The notes under the pieces: generated by a model
Told to the model about the DNA's origin: nothing
Databases searched by the model: none
The model's input: the letters and a program-made list of their open reading frames with translations, nothing else
Part shown: piece after piece, positions 1 to 9,454 of the stretch
Numbering within the stretch: the first letter of the stretch is position 1
Layout of the letters: each line of letters opens with the position of its first letter
Program-made: the position numbers and the translations under genes
Assembly: GCA_965228855.1 (NCBI GenBank)
Contig: CBDDIJ010000003.1
Coordinates: forward strand, 1 to 64,000
DNA: 64,000 nucleotides
Source of the DNA: Candidatus Obscuribacterales bacterium
GTDB taxonomy: Bacteria; Cyanobacteriota; Vampirovibrionia; Obscuribacterales; Obscuribacteraceae
Direction of reading: 5' to 3'

Positions 1-196
1 CCAGTATTAATTGTAAAATTCTAAATATATCGAAAGATATAATAATCTAATTCAAAGCATTAAAATAAATCAATTCAGTTATAGTAAATAAGAATAATAT
101 TCGATAAGTAATTCATTTAATAAAGTCCTCTTGTATAATACTGGATTGTATTTCAATAAAATTATGAAGCAATCGACTCAACAAATGTTCTAATTA

Positions 197-1844
197 TTAT
201 TTAGCATTATTCATTTTAGAGTAATGCCCTTCATCACTTATATCACTTTTCTTTCTGAGAAAATTGACTTCGAGTTTATTTTGAGATATCGAAACAGGAC
301 GCCGTTCAGTCTCTTTGGAATTTTCGTAAAACGAAGGAATATATGAGTCAGTACTATACTTCTTTGTTGCTCTTTTATTTGTAATTATTAGAAATTGAAT
401 AACTCTGCTTCTCCTCCTTTTGATCTACCGTAAATAATGAGATTAAAATAGATTTTCGTGGCAAAAAAGAGTAAATTACTTTCGTCCATTCCACCTGCAT
501 CTCTGTCAAACTTAAATTTTTGTTGTTTATAAACTACTGGTGAACTGTCAAGTTCGTTAGGTTGCTTTCCGTATTTGTTAAATAGCTCCTTGTTTAAGAT
601 TGATGGTAAACTCCTGTAATTGTTTTTGCTTTCGAGTTAGAGGAGATTCTCCTAGATTCGTAATAAATCCATGTCCTGCATTTCTTTTATTTGATTCGGA
701 CATTGGCAAACTTTGCTCAAAGTTTGTCGAGAAATACTTATGAAATCCAAACTCTTTTGTATCTGATACATTGAGTGGGGCTGTAATATTGCTGACTGCA
801 GATCCAAGTTTTGATGATTTTGGATATCCTCCTGAATACCCTCTCTCAATTCCATGAGACATACTCATTTTCTCTTCCTCCTTGAATCTCTATATTATCG
901 ATATATTAGTTTTATTTGATATTAAAGGAAATAGACTTTGATATTATAATGAAATTTCTAATATATGTATTATTTTATTAACTATTGTGATCTATTATAA
1001 ATTTTTTAAATAAATGATTGAATTTTCTCACTTCTTTTCTAATAATTTTTTTTAATATATCATATTAATTAGTTTTATTTTACTTGTAGTTAAAATAATT
1101 TTAAACTTTAAATTTATTTATAAAAATTGCTGCTTTATATAATTTTACCAGTTGTTAATTTATACATAAATGTTTAAAAGGAAAACGATCATTAATGTTT
1201 AAAATCATTAAAAGTTTACATCACTATTGCATTTTTATTTTACAATTACTGAATCACATAAATATGCAATAGCTCTTTAAAATTTAAAATGTTGGATATT
1301 GAAATTAAGACTGATGATCGTTATTAGATTTTTTAATAAAAATTAACTTAACAATGTAAAAATAAAGATCTTATAAATTTATTCTGTTATGTTTACTTAA
1401 GAGATTTATAGTAAATTGATAAGAAAGAAAATAAGCTATTTAGGTATTTAGACGACAAATTATCCTAGACTACTCACACTTGACTTTATATCTGGGGCAT
1501 ATAAATCAGCCTGCATTGATCTGAACTGAATATCTTGCTTGTGCTGCTCTTTTTCATAATCATTAGTTTGCATGATCGTCGATCCGACATCACTTAGACT
1601 GTGATGGTTATTTCGTATGTTTCCTTCTTTTTAAACCCGCTTTCAAATCAACTTGATTTAGTTCTGAATTGAACGAATAATTCTGTGAAATTGCTCTTTT
1701 ATTTCTTTCGTTTGATTTTGGAGAAACAGAAAAATTCTGAATATCAGAATCCTGTATCGGGTTTGAGGCATTTAGTACAATTCCAAGGTGGCCATCTTTA
1801 CCAATGTGAGTTGTGCGACCTTTAAACCTTTCTTTGAAATCCAT
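197..1844 (-). CDS. Spliced, +1-frameshifted ciliate gene, ~333 aa hydrophilic S/K/N/E-rich protein of unknown function
   Basis: Model: 1844-1611, skip T1610, 1609-1478; intron 1477-890 (GTGAGT...TAG, phase 0); 889-581, skip T580, 579-480; intron 479-425 (GTAATT...TAG); 424-378, skip T377, 376-200; TAA 199-197. Every segment is open and in phase. Confidence 0.65.
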
Positions 1845-1849
1845 AATAA

Positions 1850-1875
1850 TTCAATTTAATATAAATTATTTGGGG
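1850..1875 (-). other. Telomere remnant (CCCC) plus Euplotes chromosome-breakage-signal core TTGAA at 17 nt
   Basis: GGGG at 1872-1875, 17-nt spacer 1855-1871, TTCAA at 1850-1854 (TTGAA on the minus strand). Confidence 0.65.
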
Positions 1876-1933
1876 CCTGATAAATCCTCTCCTTCTGCGA
1901 ATCCGACAATCTGCAGCTGTGTCGACAGTTTCG

Positions 1934-3247
1934 TTAATGTGTCGGATAGGTGATGCCGTTCAAGAAGATCTGGAAGGCACCCATGAAGAAACCAATCATC
2001 AGACCGAAGAGTTCAAGCGCATGCAACTCGTTTTGACAAATGCGATAAACCAACTTTTCCAATTGCTGAGGAGCGAATTGGGTTATCTTCGTTGCGATGA
2101 GGTCGTGCACTCCCAGAGCCGGAATCGCTTGTTCAACCATATGTCCGAGTTCTCTGTTCAAATAGGAATAGGCAAAACCTGAGATGTTGCGCTTCATTCC
2201 CGTCAACCAGTCGCCGGGTATTGCTTCAGGATTGAAACGGAGCACGGCGTTGCGAACGGTGACGATAGCTTCGTCCTCAAGTCGTTTACAGGCTTCGAGA
2301 ATGTCGTCTTTATGCTCGATCAAAAAAGTTTCGACAAACCGCACGACGTTTTTCTTCAAGTTTGCGATATTATCCAGCGGCATCGACCGCAGGTCGAAGT
2401 TTGCAATCTGTACTGCTAATTGGTGTTTTATGCCGAAACGCTTGGTCAGATCTCCAATTAGTTTGTGCGCTTCGTTCGGTTCCTTTTCCAGAAAGGTGCG
2501 CCACTCGTTGCAAACTCTTTTTACGCCGATGATGCGAGCAAGTATTCGATAGGGACCGCTGGCGTGTACGTTGATTGACTCTTCGAGAGCGTTTATGTTG
2601 GTCGGACTGAGCAGGGTAATCAATCCGTTGCGCACCTTCTCTGGTGTCAAAAAGTTTTCCATCAGACGCGCGGCGATCTCGTTTGCTTGATCGAGATTGA
2701 TGCGCGTGGTCATTAAAACCTGATCGAATAATTTTTCCGTGATTGCTGAAACTCGAGTCTCGGTGCCATGTTCCAGCGCGGATATGGTCGAGTCCACAAA
2801 TTGCCGGACAATAGTGGGAGAGAGTGTTGCAATGTCGCTCGCCAATCTGTGCAGCTTCGTTGTGTCACGAAATTCTTTGAGAAATACAGTGTCTACGAAC
2901 AGGTCGACGGTTTTGTAAATATTCTCTTCAGTAACTAATTCCTCAGCTCTTCGACGAATATCTTCCGGAGTCAATAAAGTCTCTGTGATCGTGGATGCTA
3001 CAGCTTGAGCCAACTTCGGCTGACGTTTCGGAAAAATTCCTGGTGTTAGCGGTATTTGATAGTTAGTGAACGGAACGTACCAGGCTTCGTACGGGCGGAA
3101 CAACATCCGCACTGCGAGCCAGGTGGCTATATAGCCGTGCACGGCATAAACAAGAGGCGGAAGAATTGCCTTCACAAAGAATGCCGGGAAGGAGGTGGTT
3201 GGATTTAGGAAAGACCAGTCGAAGCCCAGTCCGAAAAAGAAGTCCAC
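1934..3247 (-). CDS. DUF445 family membrane protein
   Basis: N-terminal GYIATWLAVRMLFRP...PGIFPKRQ and C-terminal ELHALELFGLMIGFFMG pattern. Confidence 0.85.
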   Translation of the reverse strand: MDFFFGLGFDWSFLNPTTSFPAFFVKAILPPLVYAVHGYIATWLAVRMLFRPYEAWYVPFTNYQIPLTPGIFPKRQPKLAQAVASTITETLLTPEDIRRRAEELVTEENIYKTVDLFVDTVFLKEFRDTTKLHRLASDIATLSPTIVRQFVDSTISALEHGTETRVSAITEKLFDQVLMTTRINLDQANEIAARLMENFLTPEKVRNGLITLLSPTNINALEESINVHASGPYRILARIIGVKRVCNEWRTFLEKEPNEAHKLIGDLTKRFGIKHQLAVQIANFDLRSMPLDNIANLKKNVVRFVETFLIEHKDDILEACKRLEDEAIVTVRNAVLRFNPEAIPGDWLTGMKRNISGFAYSYLNRELGHMVEQAIPALGVHDLIATKITQFAPQQLEKLVYRICQNELHALELFGLMIGFFMGAFQIFLNGITYPTH

Positions 3248-3420
3248 GTAGCTACCAGTTGTTGTCCTTTTAAGTAAGTTTAAACCATGCTTAGCATGTT
3301 TGCGTTTTCAAGACTAAAAGTACTTCGTTTCTACGAGAAGCGCATATCGGCTCCATTACTTGACGTTCATCTGTGTGCGAGGGCAGGCGAGTTTGACGTC
3401 CACTTTCTTATAATGAAGAC

Positions 3421-4362
3421 GTGAAAAATTTCAATGACATGACCGGTTTGTTCAAGACAGCCCTCTGCGCCGCGGCCTTGGTTGGTGTCAGCGCGCTTTC
3501 TGCCTCCCCGCCCGGATTTGCTTCTGTAATTCCGAAAGCTTCGGAAAGGGAATGCAAAAAATATCTGGCCCGTGGCGATCAGCTTTTCGCTGCCAATGCG
3601 TATCACGGTTCTTTGACGTTCTATCAACAGGCTGTTGCAGCGGAACCATCCAGCTTCGAGGCCCACCTGAAGCTTGGAACCTCGCTGGCTCGCCTTAACT
3701 CGAACGATGAGGCTCTTAAGGAGCTCTTTCAATCATTGATGTTGAACGCTGAGCATCCTGAAAACAATCTAAGTGCCCGCTCTGAGATAGCAGCCATTTT
3801 GATGAAGCAGGGAAATTATGACGAGGCAGGCGGACAGTTAAAACAGGTTCTGGACCTGTCTCCCAACGATCTTGTCGTGCGTGGGAACTACGCACTATGC
3901 TTAGAACATTTAGGTTATGTAGATGCGTCGATCGAACAACTAAAGCAGATTGTCAAAGCAAACTCATTTGACGTGGTGGCGCTCTATAACTTGGGCACAG
4001 CCTATTTACGGAAAGGGCAGGGCGATATAGCGAAGAAGTATTTCGATCGAGTGGTTTCTATAGACAACAAGCATCTGCTCGGCTATCTCGGAATCGCAAA
4101 TTCGCTGATGCTTCAGGGCAACAACCAAGAAGCACTTAAATACTGCCAGATCGCAGTCAAACTCGGTCCGGAAAGTCATTATGCGTTTCTTGCGCTTGGC
4201 GATGTATATGAAAAATTAGATCAGAAAGGTAAAGCAGTCGAAGCTTATAAACGCGCAATTCAGATCAATCCGCGCGACAATGCTTCACGTGCCGCGATGG
4301 CGAAATTACTTCAGTCTTCGAAGCAATTAGCCAATACAGGACAACTACACGCTTCACAGTAA
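3421..4362 (+). CDS. Secreted tetratricopeptide-repeat protein
   Basis: Signal-peptide-like N-terminus and multiple TPR motifs (ALYNLGTAY, AFLALGDVY). Start may be ATG 3439. Confidence 0.85.
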   Translation: MKNFNDMTGLFKTALCAAALVGVSALSASPPGFASVIPKASERECKKYLARGDQLFAANAYHGSLTFYQQAVAAEPSSFEAHLKLGTSLARLNSNDEALKELFQSLMLNAEHPENNLSARSEIAAILMKQGNYDEAGGQLKQVLDLSPNDLVVRGNYALCLEHLGYVDASIEQLKQIVKANSFDVVALYNLGTAYLRKGQGDIAKKYFDRVVSIDNKHLLGYLGIANSLMLQGNNQEALKYCQIAVKLGPESHYAFLALGDVYEKLDQKGKAVEAYKRAIQINPRDNASRAAMAKLLQSSKQLANTGQLHASQ

Positions 4363-4442
4363 GATTACTTTTTGCTATCGCGTCGATATACTAGCGACGA
4401 AACTTTGTCAGACGACTATTGAGATTGATGAGGAATATACAA

Positions 4443-5291
4443 ATGAATCTGCGGACCGGAAAAAATCATGCGAAGACTGCTTCACTCGCTCTGGCAGTAG
4501 CTATTGGAGTGCTCGGTTTTTCGCAAGCTGGCATCGCTGGTGATATCAGTTCGCAGGATAAACAAGATATTCAAGATACCATCGTTCGATATAAGGCGGC
4601 GATCGGCATGAATCCGAAGAATGCCAAAAACCACGTGGCTCTGGGCAATGCCTACCTGCTCGATGGCAACAATGAAGCTGCAATCGCTAGCTTCCGGGAG
4701 GCTGGAAAGCTGGCTCCCGATTCTACCGATTCCTATATAGGTTTATCGCGCGGTCTCATCAGAATGGGTGACGAGAAAGGTGCGCTCAAGGCTCTTGAGG
4801 ATGGCGCCGTCCGCAACCCCAACGATGCCGATCTTCACTTCAAAATCGGTAATCTGTTCATGCGCGGCAAGAACTTCGATAAGGCGATCGCCGAGTATAG
4901 AACGGCGTTGAAGTTAAAACCCAAACACTCGGAAGCCCATAGAGAGCTAGGTGCAGCGCTGGGTACCAAAGGCGACTTGAAGGCTCAGGTCGACGAAGAA
5001 AAGAAATGTTTGGAAATCAATGGTGATGACGCCAACGCGCTTTATTATCTGGCTACGGCCCAGATCGGGCTTAACAACGTTCCCGAAGCTTTGCCTTTGC
5101 TGGAAAAGTGCATAAAGCTGGACGCGAAGAACGCTGATGCTTTCAGACTGCTCGCCGCAATGAAAGCTGCCAGTGGAGATTATAAGCAGGCTATCACATA
5201 TGCTCAAAAGGCAGTGGACATCATGCCTGAGAACAAGCAGTACCAGCAAACTCTTGCCAAAATCAAGAGTAAAGCCGGACAAATCAAATAA
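4443..5291 (+). CDS. Secreted tetratricopeptide-repeat protein
   Basis: Signal peptide and TPR motifs (HVALGNAY, HFKIGNLF, AHRELGAAL). GAGG upstream of ATG 4443. Confidence 0.85.
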   Translation: MNLRTGKNHAKTASLALAVAIGVLGFSQAGIAGDISSQDKQDIQDTIVRYKAAIGMNPKNAKNHVALGNAYLLDGNNEAAIASFREAGKLAPDSTDSYIGLSRGLIRMGDEKGALKALEDGAVRNPNDADLHFKIGNLFMRGKNFDKAIAEYRTALKLKPKHSEAHRELGAALGTKGDLKAQVDEEKKCLEINGDDANALYYLATAQIGLNNVPEALPLLEKCIKLDAKNADAFRLLAAMKAASGDYKQAITYAQKAVDIMPENKQYQQTLAKIKSKAGQIK

Positions 5292-5556
5292 GAGTTTAAT
5301 TTACAAATGGCAAGGACCTCAGCGCATTTTTGGGGGTGCCTGGAACTGTCTGGTGGACCTACTGGCAACTGTTTTGAACGCTTATTTGATTTCGGAAAGG
5401 TTAACTATATAACCAGCGTTCTGGCTTGCTAATAGAGGGCGTAGGCCTTACCATTTTCGGAATCAGGACATATACACGAGTGCCCAAACGCGAAAGCGAG
5501 GTGCCCACGTCAGTCATGTCCCACAAAAATTGCGACTGATTCAAGAGGTTCAAACA

Positions 5557-6759
5557 GTGCCTGAGCAAGCTGATATTAAAGCGAGAGATGTTGAACTGAA
5601 GGCGAAGATTAAGGTCATTGGTGTCGGCGGAGCCGGTTCCAACGCGGTTAATCGAATGATCGCCACCGGTTTGAATGGAGTAGAGTTCTGGGCTTGCAAT
5701 ACCGATGCTCAAGCTCTGGAGTTGGCGGCAGCTAAAAATAGACTGCAAATCGGAGCCAAACTGACACGCGGTCTTGGTGCCGGCGGTAACCCACAAGTTG
5801 GAACAAAAGCAGCCGAAGAGAGCCGAGAAGAAATTGCAGCAGCAATCCAGGGCTCTGACATGGTTTTCATTGCCGCAGGTATGGGCGGTGGTACCGGAAC
5901 TGGTGCTGCGCCGATCGTAGCTGAAGTAGCGAAAGAGCTTGGCGCTCTTACGGTAGGCGTCGTATCGAGACCATTCTTCTTCGAAGGACGTAGACGTGCT
6001 AACCAAGCGGAAGCTGGCATCAATGAAATCCGCGCCAAAGTAGACACATTGATTGTCATCCCTAACCAACGCTTGATTGAGATCGTCGATCACAGAGCGT
6101 CTATGCAAGAAGCGTTTGTCGAAGCAGACAAAGTGCTCATGCAGGGTGTGCAAGGTATCTCCGATATCATCACAGTCCCCGGTTTGATCAACGTCGACTT
6201 TGCAGACGTCAAAGCAATCATGCAGACCGCTGGTTCCGCATTGATGGGCGTAGGACGCGCATCCGGCGAAGGCCGAGCTGTGGAAGCCGCTAGAAGCGCT
6301 ATCAACAGCCCTCTGCTCGAAACAACCATCACTGGTGCGTCCGGCGTTATCTTCACCGTCACCGGTGGACCGGACCTCACCTTGCATGAAGTTCAAGAAG
6401 CCGCGAATGTCGTCTATCAATCGGTAAACGAAGACGCCAACATCATCTTCGGTGCAGTACTCGACGACCGTCTCCACGGTGAAGTGTTGATCACGGTGAT
6501 TGCCACGGGTTTTGACATGGCGGTTCAGGGTAATGAAGGAATCCATCAAGCCCAGCAACCGCAGGTCAGACAACAACGCCAGGTCGAACATCAAACTCAG
6601 TCGGGCGTCTATCAGCATCCGGCTCAGCAAGTGCAACATGCAATGGCGCAAGCAGAGCCAGTCAGACAGACCAATGAAGAGATGAAAAAAATTGCCTCCG
6701 ACATTCTCGATATTCCGGAATTTCTGAGAGCAAGAGGTACGCCGTCGGAAAGAAAGTAA
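5557..6759 (+). CDS. ftsZ: Cell division protein FtsZ
   Basis: [24 protein letters not shown] tubulin signature, C-terminal LDIPEFLR peptide. GTG start after GAGG. Confidence 0.98.
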   Translation: MPEQADIKARDVELKAKIKVIGVGGAGSNAVNRMIATGLNGVEFWACNTDAQALELAAAKNRLQIGAKLTRGLGAGGNPQVGTKAAEESREEIAAAIQGSDMVFIAAGMGGGTGTGAAPIVAEVAKELGALTVGVVSRPFFFEGRRRANQAEAGINEIRAKVDTLIVIPNQRLIEIVDHRASMQEAFVEADKVLMQGVQGISDIITVPGLINVDFADVKAIMQTAGSALMGVGRASGEGRAVEAARSAINSPLLETTITGASGVIFTVTGGPDLTLHEVQEAANVVYQSVNEDANIIFGAVLDDRLHGEVLITVIATGFDMAVQGNEGIHQAQQPQVRQQRQVEHQTQSGVYQHPAQQVQHAMAQAEPVRQTNEEMKKIASDILDIPEFLRARGTPSERK

Positions 6760-6789
6760 ATCATCCTTTCCGATAACCTGAGATAATTT

Positions 6790-6824
6790 GAGGAGACGGC
6801 CGGATTGCCGTCTCTTCGTCTTTT
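6790..6824 (+). terminator. Intrinsic terminator after ftsZ
   Basis: GAGACGGC-cggatt-GCCGTCTC stem followed by a T-rich tail. Confidence 0.7.
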
Positions 6825-6860
6825 GAAGGTTGAAACAAACGCAAATTCAAGTGAGGCAAA

Positions 6861-7961
6861 ATGAGTTCAACGGTTTTAACGGATCTCGGTCTTGGAACGC
6901 TTCCAGTATTCATTGATGAAAACGGTCGCATTCAGCTTATTGACCAGCGAAAGCTTCCGGAGACCGTCGAATACTTTGATGCCACTCTCTTCGATGATAT
7001 GTTGGTAGCAATTGAAACCATGGTCGTGCGCGGCGCTCCATCGATCGGTGTAGCTGCCGGCTTCTCGCTTGCGTGGGAAGCGGAAAGACTTGCGCAGGTT
7101 CAAACTGACAAAAATGCGTTTTTAAAAGCATTGATTGCTCAGGGCGATAAACTTAAGGCGACCAGACCAACGGCTGTGAATTTGGCTTGGGCTGTGGATT
7201 TGATACTAGACCGTGCCAAAATGGCGATGGGAAACAATCCAGACATCACTACCAGACAAATCGCCGACTATCTAAAGATAGAAGCGCAGCAGGTGATGAA
7301 TCACCACATCTCAGTCAATCGTTCCCTGAGTGATATAGGCGCTCAGTTCTTCAAGAAGAATGCTCGCGCTCTGACTCACTGCAATGCCGGATCTCTAGCG
7401 ACATGCGGCTGGGGAACTGCTCTTGGAGTGATTCGCAGTGCGCACGCTTTCGGTTTGGAACCGGAAGTTTACGTTGATGAAACCAGACCGCGCCATCAAG
7501 GAGCGCGGCTCACAATGTGGGAACTCAAGGAAGACGGCATACCATCGACATTGGTTTGCGAATCGATGGCGGGGCATCTGATGGCTGATGGAAAGGTCGA
7601 TCTTGTCATTACAGGCGCTGATCGTATTGCTATGAATGGTGACACTGCTAACAAGATTGGGACGTACAACCTTGCAGTTCTTGCGAAGTATCACAAGATT
7701 CCGTTCTACATCGCTGCGCCGCTATCCACTGTTGATGCGGCTCTTAAGAACGGCAAAGGCATTCCGATCGAACATCGCCATGAGTCGGAAGTCTTGATGA
7801 TGTCAGATCGAACCATCACCGTAGATGGTGCTCGCGCATATAATCCGGCGTTCGATGTAACACCGGCGAAGCTCATCACAGCTATCATTACCGAGGCTGG
7901 TGCTCTGCGACCTGACTATAAAAAGTCGATTGCCGAAGCAATGAAGACTGCATTGAAGTAG
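6861..7961 (+). CDS. mtnA: S-methyl-5-thioribose-1-phosphate isomerase
   Basis: DQRKLP, VRGAP, RPTAVNL, THCNAGSLAT, ETRP and GDTANKIGTY motifs. Confidence 0.95.
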   Translation: MSSTVLTDLGLGTLPVFIDENGRIQLIDQRKLPETVEYFDATLFDDMLVAIETMVVRGAPSIGVAAGFSLAWEAERLAQVQTDKNAFLKALIAQGDKLKATRPTAVNLAWAVDLILDRAKMAMGNNPDITTRQIADYLKIEAQQVMNHHISVNRSLSDIGAQFFKKNARALTHCNAGSLATCGWGTALGVIRSAHAFGLEPEVYVDETRPRHQGARLTMWELKEDGIPSTLVCESMAGHLMADGKVDLVITGADRIAMNGDTANKIGTYNLAVLAKYHKIPFYIAAPLSTVDAALKNGKGIPIEHRHESEVLMMSDRTITVDGARAYNPAFDVTPAKLITAIITEAGALRPDYKKSIAEAMKTALK

Positions 7962-7969
7962 TTGAAAGC

Positions 7970-9136
7970 TTACTCTGCCGCATCCATCGGCCTGGTGATA
8001 ACCACTCTGGTTCCCTTGCCTTCACGACCGGGTTTCCACTCGACCAGGGCGTTGATCAGATCTGCTCTCAGTTTCATATAACGCAACCCACGGGACTGGT
8101 GCGAGATGTTGTCGTAGTCGATGCCTTTACCGTTGTCTTCAATGGTGATACAGAGCAGACCGCCTTTTTCTGTAACCTCAATCGAGACTTTCGAGGCGTT
8201 GGCATGTTTGGAAATGTTCGTCAGCGACTCTTGGACCAGGCGGAAGAGCAATGATTGCTGCACGAGACTTAGTTTTTCCAACACATCGTCATCGACCTCG
8301 CATTCGAAATCGGTACTATAACCCGACCGTTCTTTCCCCTTCTCAAGACAATCTTCAAGAGCCGCTCTCAGTCCGAAGTTTTGAAGCATGATCGGACTGA
8401 GGTCATCCATGATTTCGCGAATCTGATTCATGGTCTTCGTAAAATCACTGCGTATGGTGTTTCCAATTGCTTTGTTTTCCGGATCCTTTTCGAATTTGTT
8501 GAAGTCTTCGACGATTTTTTTCAAATCGTTCAAAACCTGGTCGTGCAAATCTGCTGCCAGGATGCGCCTTTCCATCTCGTCTCTTTCTACAAGTGCTCGT
8601 CTGGCATCGCTTAACTCTCGATTGCGAATCTTGAGCTCGTAATACTGACTTTCCAGAACTTTATTGCTCTTGGCTCGTTGACGCATTATCAAACCAGCCG
8701 CGCAGGAAAGAAGCGTCGTTAGTAAGGTCGTAATTAAGAGCGGCATTACTCCCAGCCCGGGCAAAATCGCGAGTTGAAGCGCTGAGCAGACTAGGAAGAT
8801 GCCGTTACTTACGACTATGCGGTTCGCGGTTGGCATGGAACCGCGATTGCTTGCCAGTCCCAAAACCAGTCCGCTCAAGGCCAATGTCACGGCGAGTTGG
8901 ATTAGACCCGACTGCGCGCTCGCGTGTTCCGCCAGAGCTTTTGGGTCAAAACCGTGCCCGAAGTCGCTCATTGCCGGCGCGAGCTGTTTAACGACCTCAA
9001 GCTCCAGACCTGCAGTTTGATGCGCCAGGGCCAGGGTCAAAAACGAAATGGCAGCAGCAAGCCCGAAAATCTGGACGCCCTTTGGCAGGGTAACCGGATC
9101 TACCAGCGGATTCTGGGATGTTTTGGACGATGTCAA
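7970..9136 (-). CDS. Membrane sensor histidine kinase (HisKA_3/NarX type)
   Basis: TM helices, ERRILAADLHDQVL H-box, QESLTNISKHA N-box, DNGKG, GKGTRV. Confidence 0.9.
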   Translation of the reverse strand: MTSSKTSQNPLVDPVTLPKGVQIFGLAAAISFLTLALAHQTAGLELEVVKQLAPAMSDFGHGFDPKALAEHASAQSGLIQLAVTLALSGLVLGLASNRGSMPTANRIVVSNGIFLVCSALQLAILPGLGVMPLLITTLLTTLLSCAAGLIMRQRAKSNKVLESQYYELKIRNRELSDARRALVERDEMERRILAADLHDQVLNDLKKIVEDFNKFEKDPENKAIGNTIRSDFTKTMNQIREIMDDLSPIMLQNFGLRAALEDCLEKGKERSGYSTDFECEVDDDVLEKLSLVQQSLLFRLVQESLTNISKHANASKVSIEVTEKGGLLCITIEDNGKGIDYDNISHQSRGLRYMKLRADLINALVEWKPGREGKGTRVVITRPMDAAE

Positions 9137-9454
9137 AGTGTGGTTTTCTAGGTGTGCGAGAGAATTTGCAGTATTTTGGAAAAATTTTTTTCCCTGAATG
9201 TCCGGTAAATCCTCTAAATGCGAGCGCCTGTTGACCTTTTGCCCAATTCTCGAAAGTTTCTGCGGATGTGTCCAAAATGCCTACAGAAGGTATATATGCC
9301 CTAGAAGCCACGAAGGCTAGGAAAATCGCCCACATTAATTCTCCTTTATAATCTGGCTTGTATAAACTATGATCTCGATTGTCAAGTAGACGTTTAAAAA
9401 CCTTCCTAGTCCACTCCAACTCACGTTTCTCTCCGGTCCACGGGATGCCGCGTT

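Larger units (their letters stand above)
1..1875. other. Eukaryotic AT-rich DNA, probably a Euplotes-type macronuclear nanochromosome fragment joined to a bacterial contig
   Basis: Abrupt composition change at ~1875. Minus strand begins CCCC, then 17 nt, then TTGAA. GT-AG introns; AAA-TAA frameshift motifs. Confidence 0.8.

Noticed and set aside
197..202. Fourth AAA-TAA as another frameshift site
   Set aside because: The +1 frame hits TAG after two codons and downstream sequence looks like UTR, so it is treated as the terminator. Not certain.
1..1844. Reading the AT-rich part with TAA/TAG=Gln (ciliate code 6) or as bacterial genes
   Set aside because: Read-through of TAA meets TGA within a few codons at two sites and at ~10 codons at the third; no bacterial gene density or ribosome-binding sites.
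5401..6651. 416-aa minus-strand ORF
   Set aside because: Antisense shadow of the codon-biased ftsZ gene; no protein motifs.
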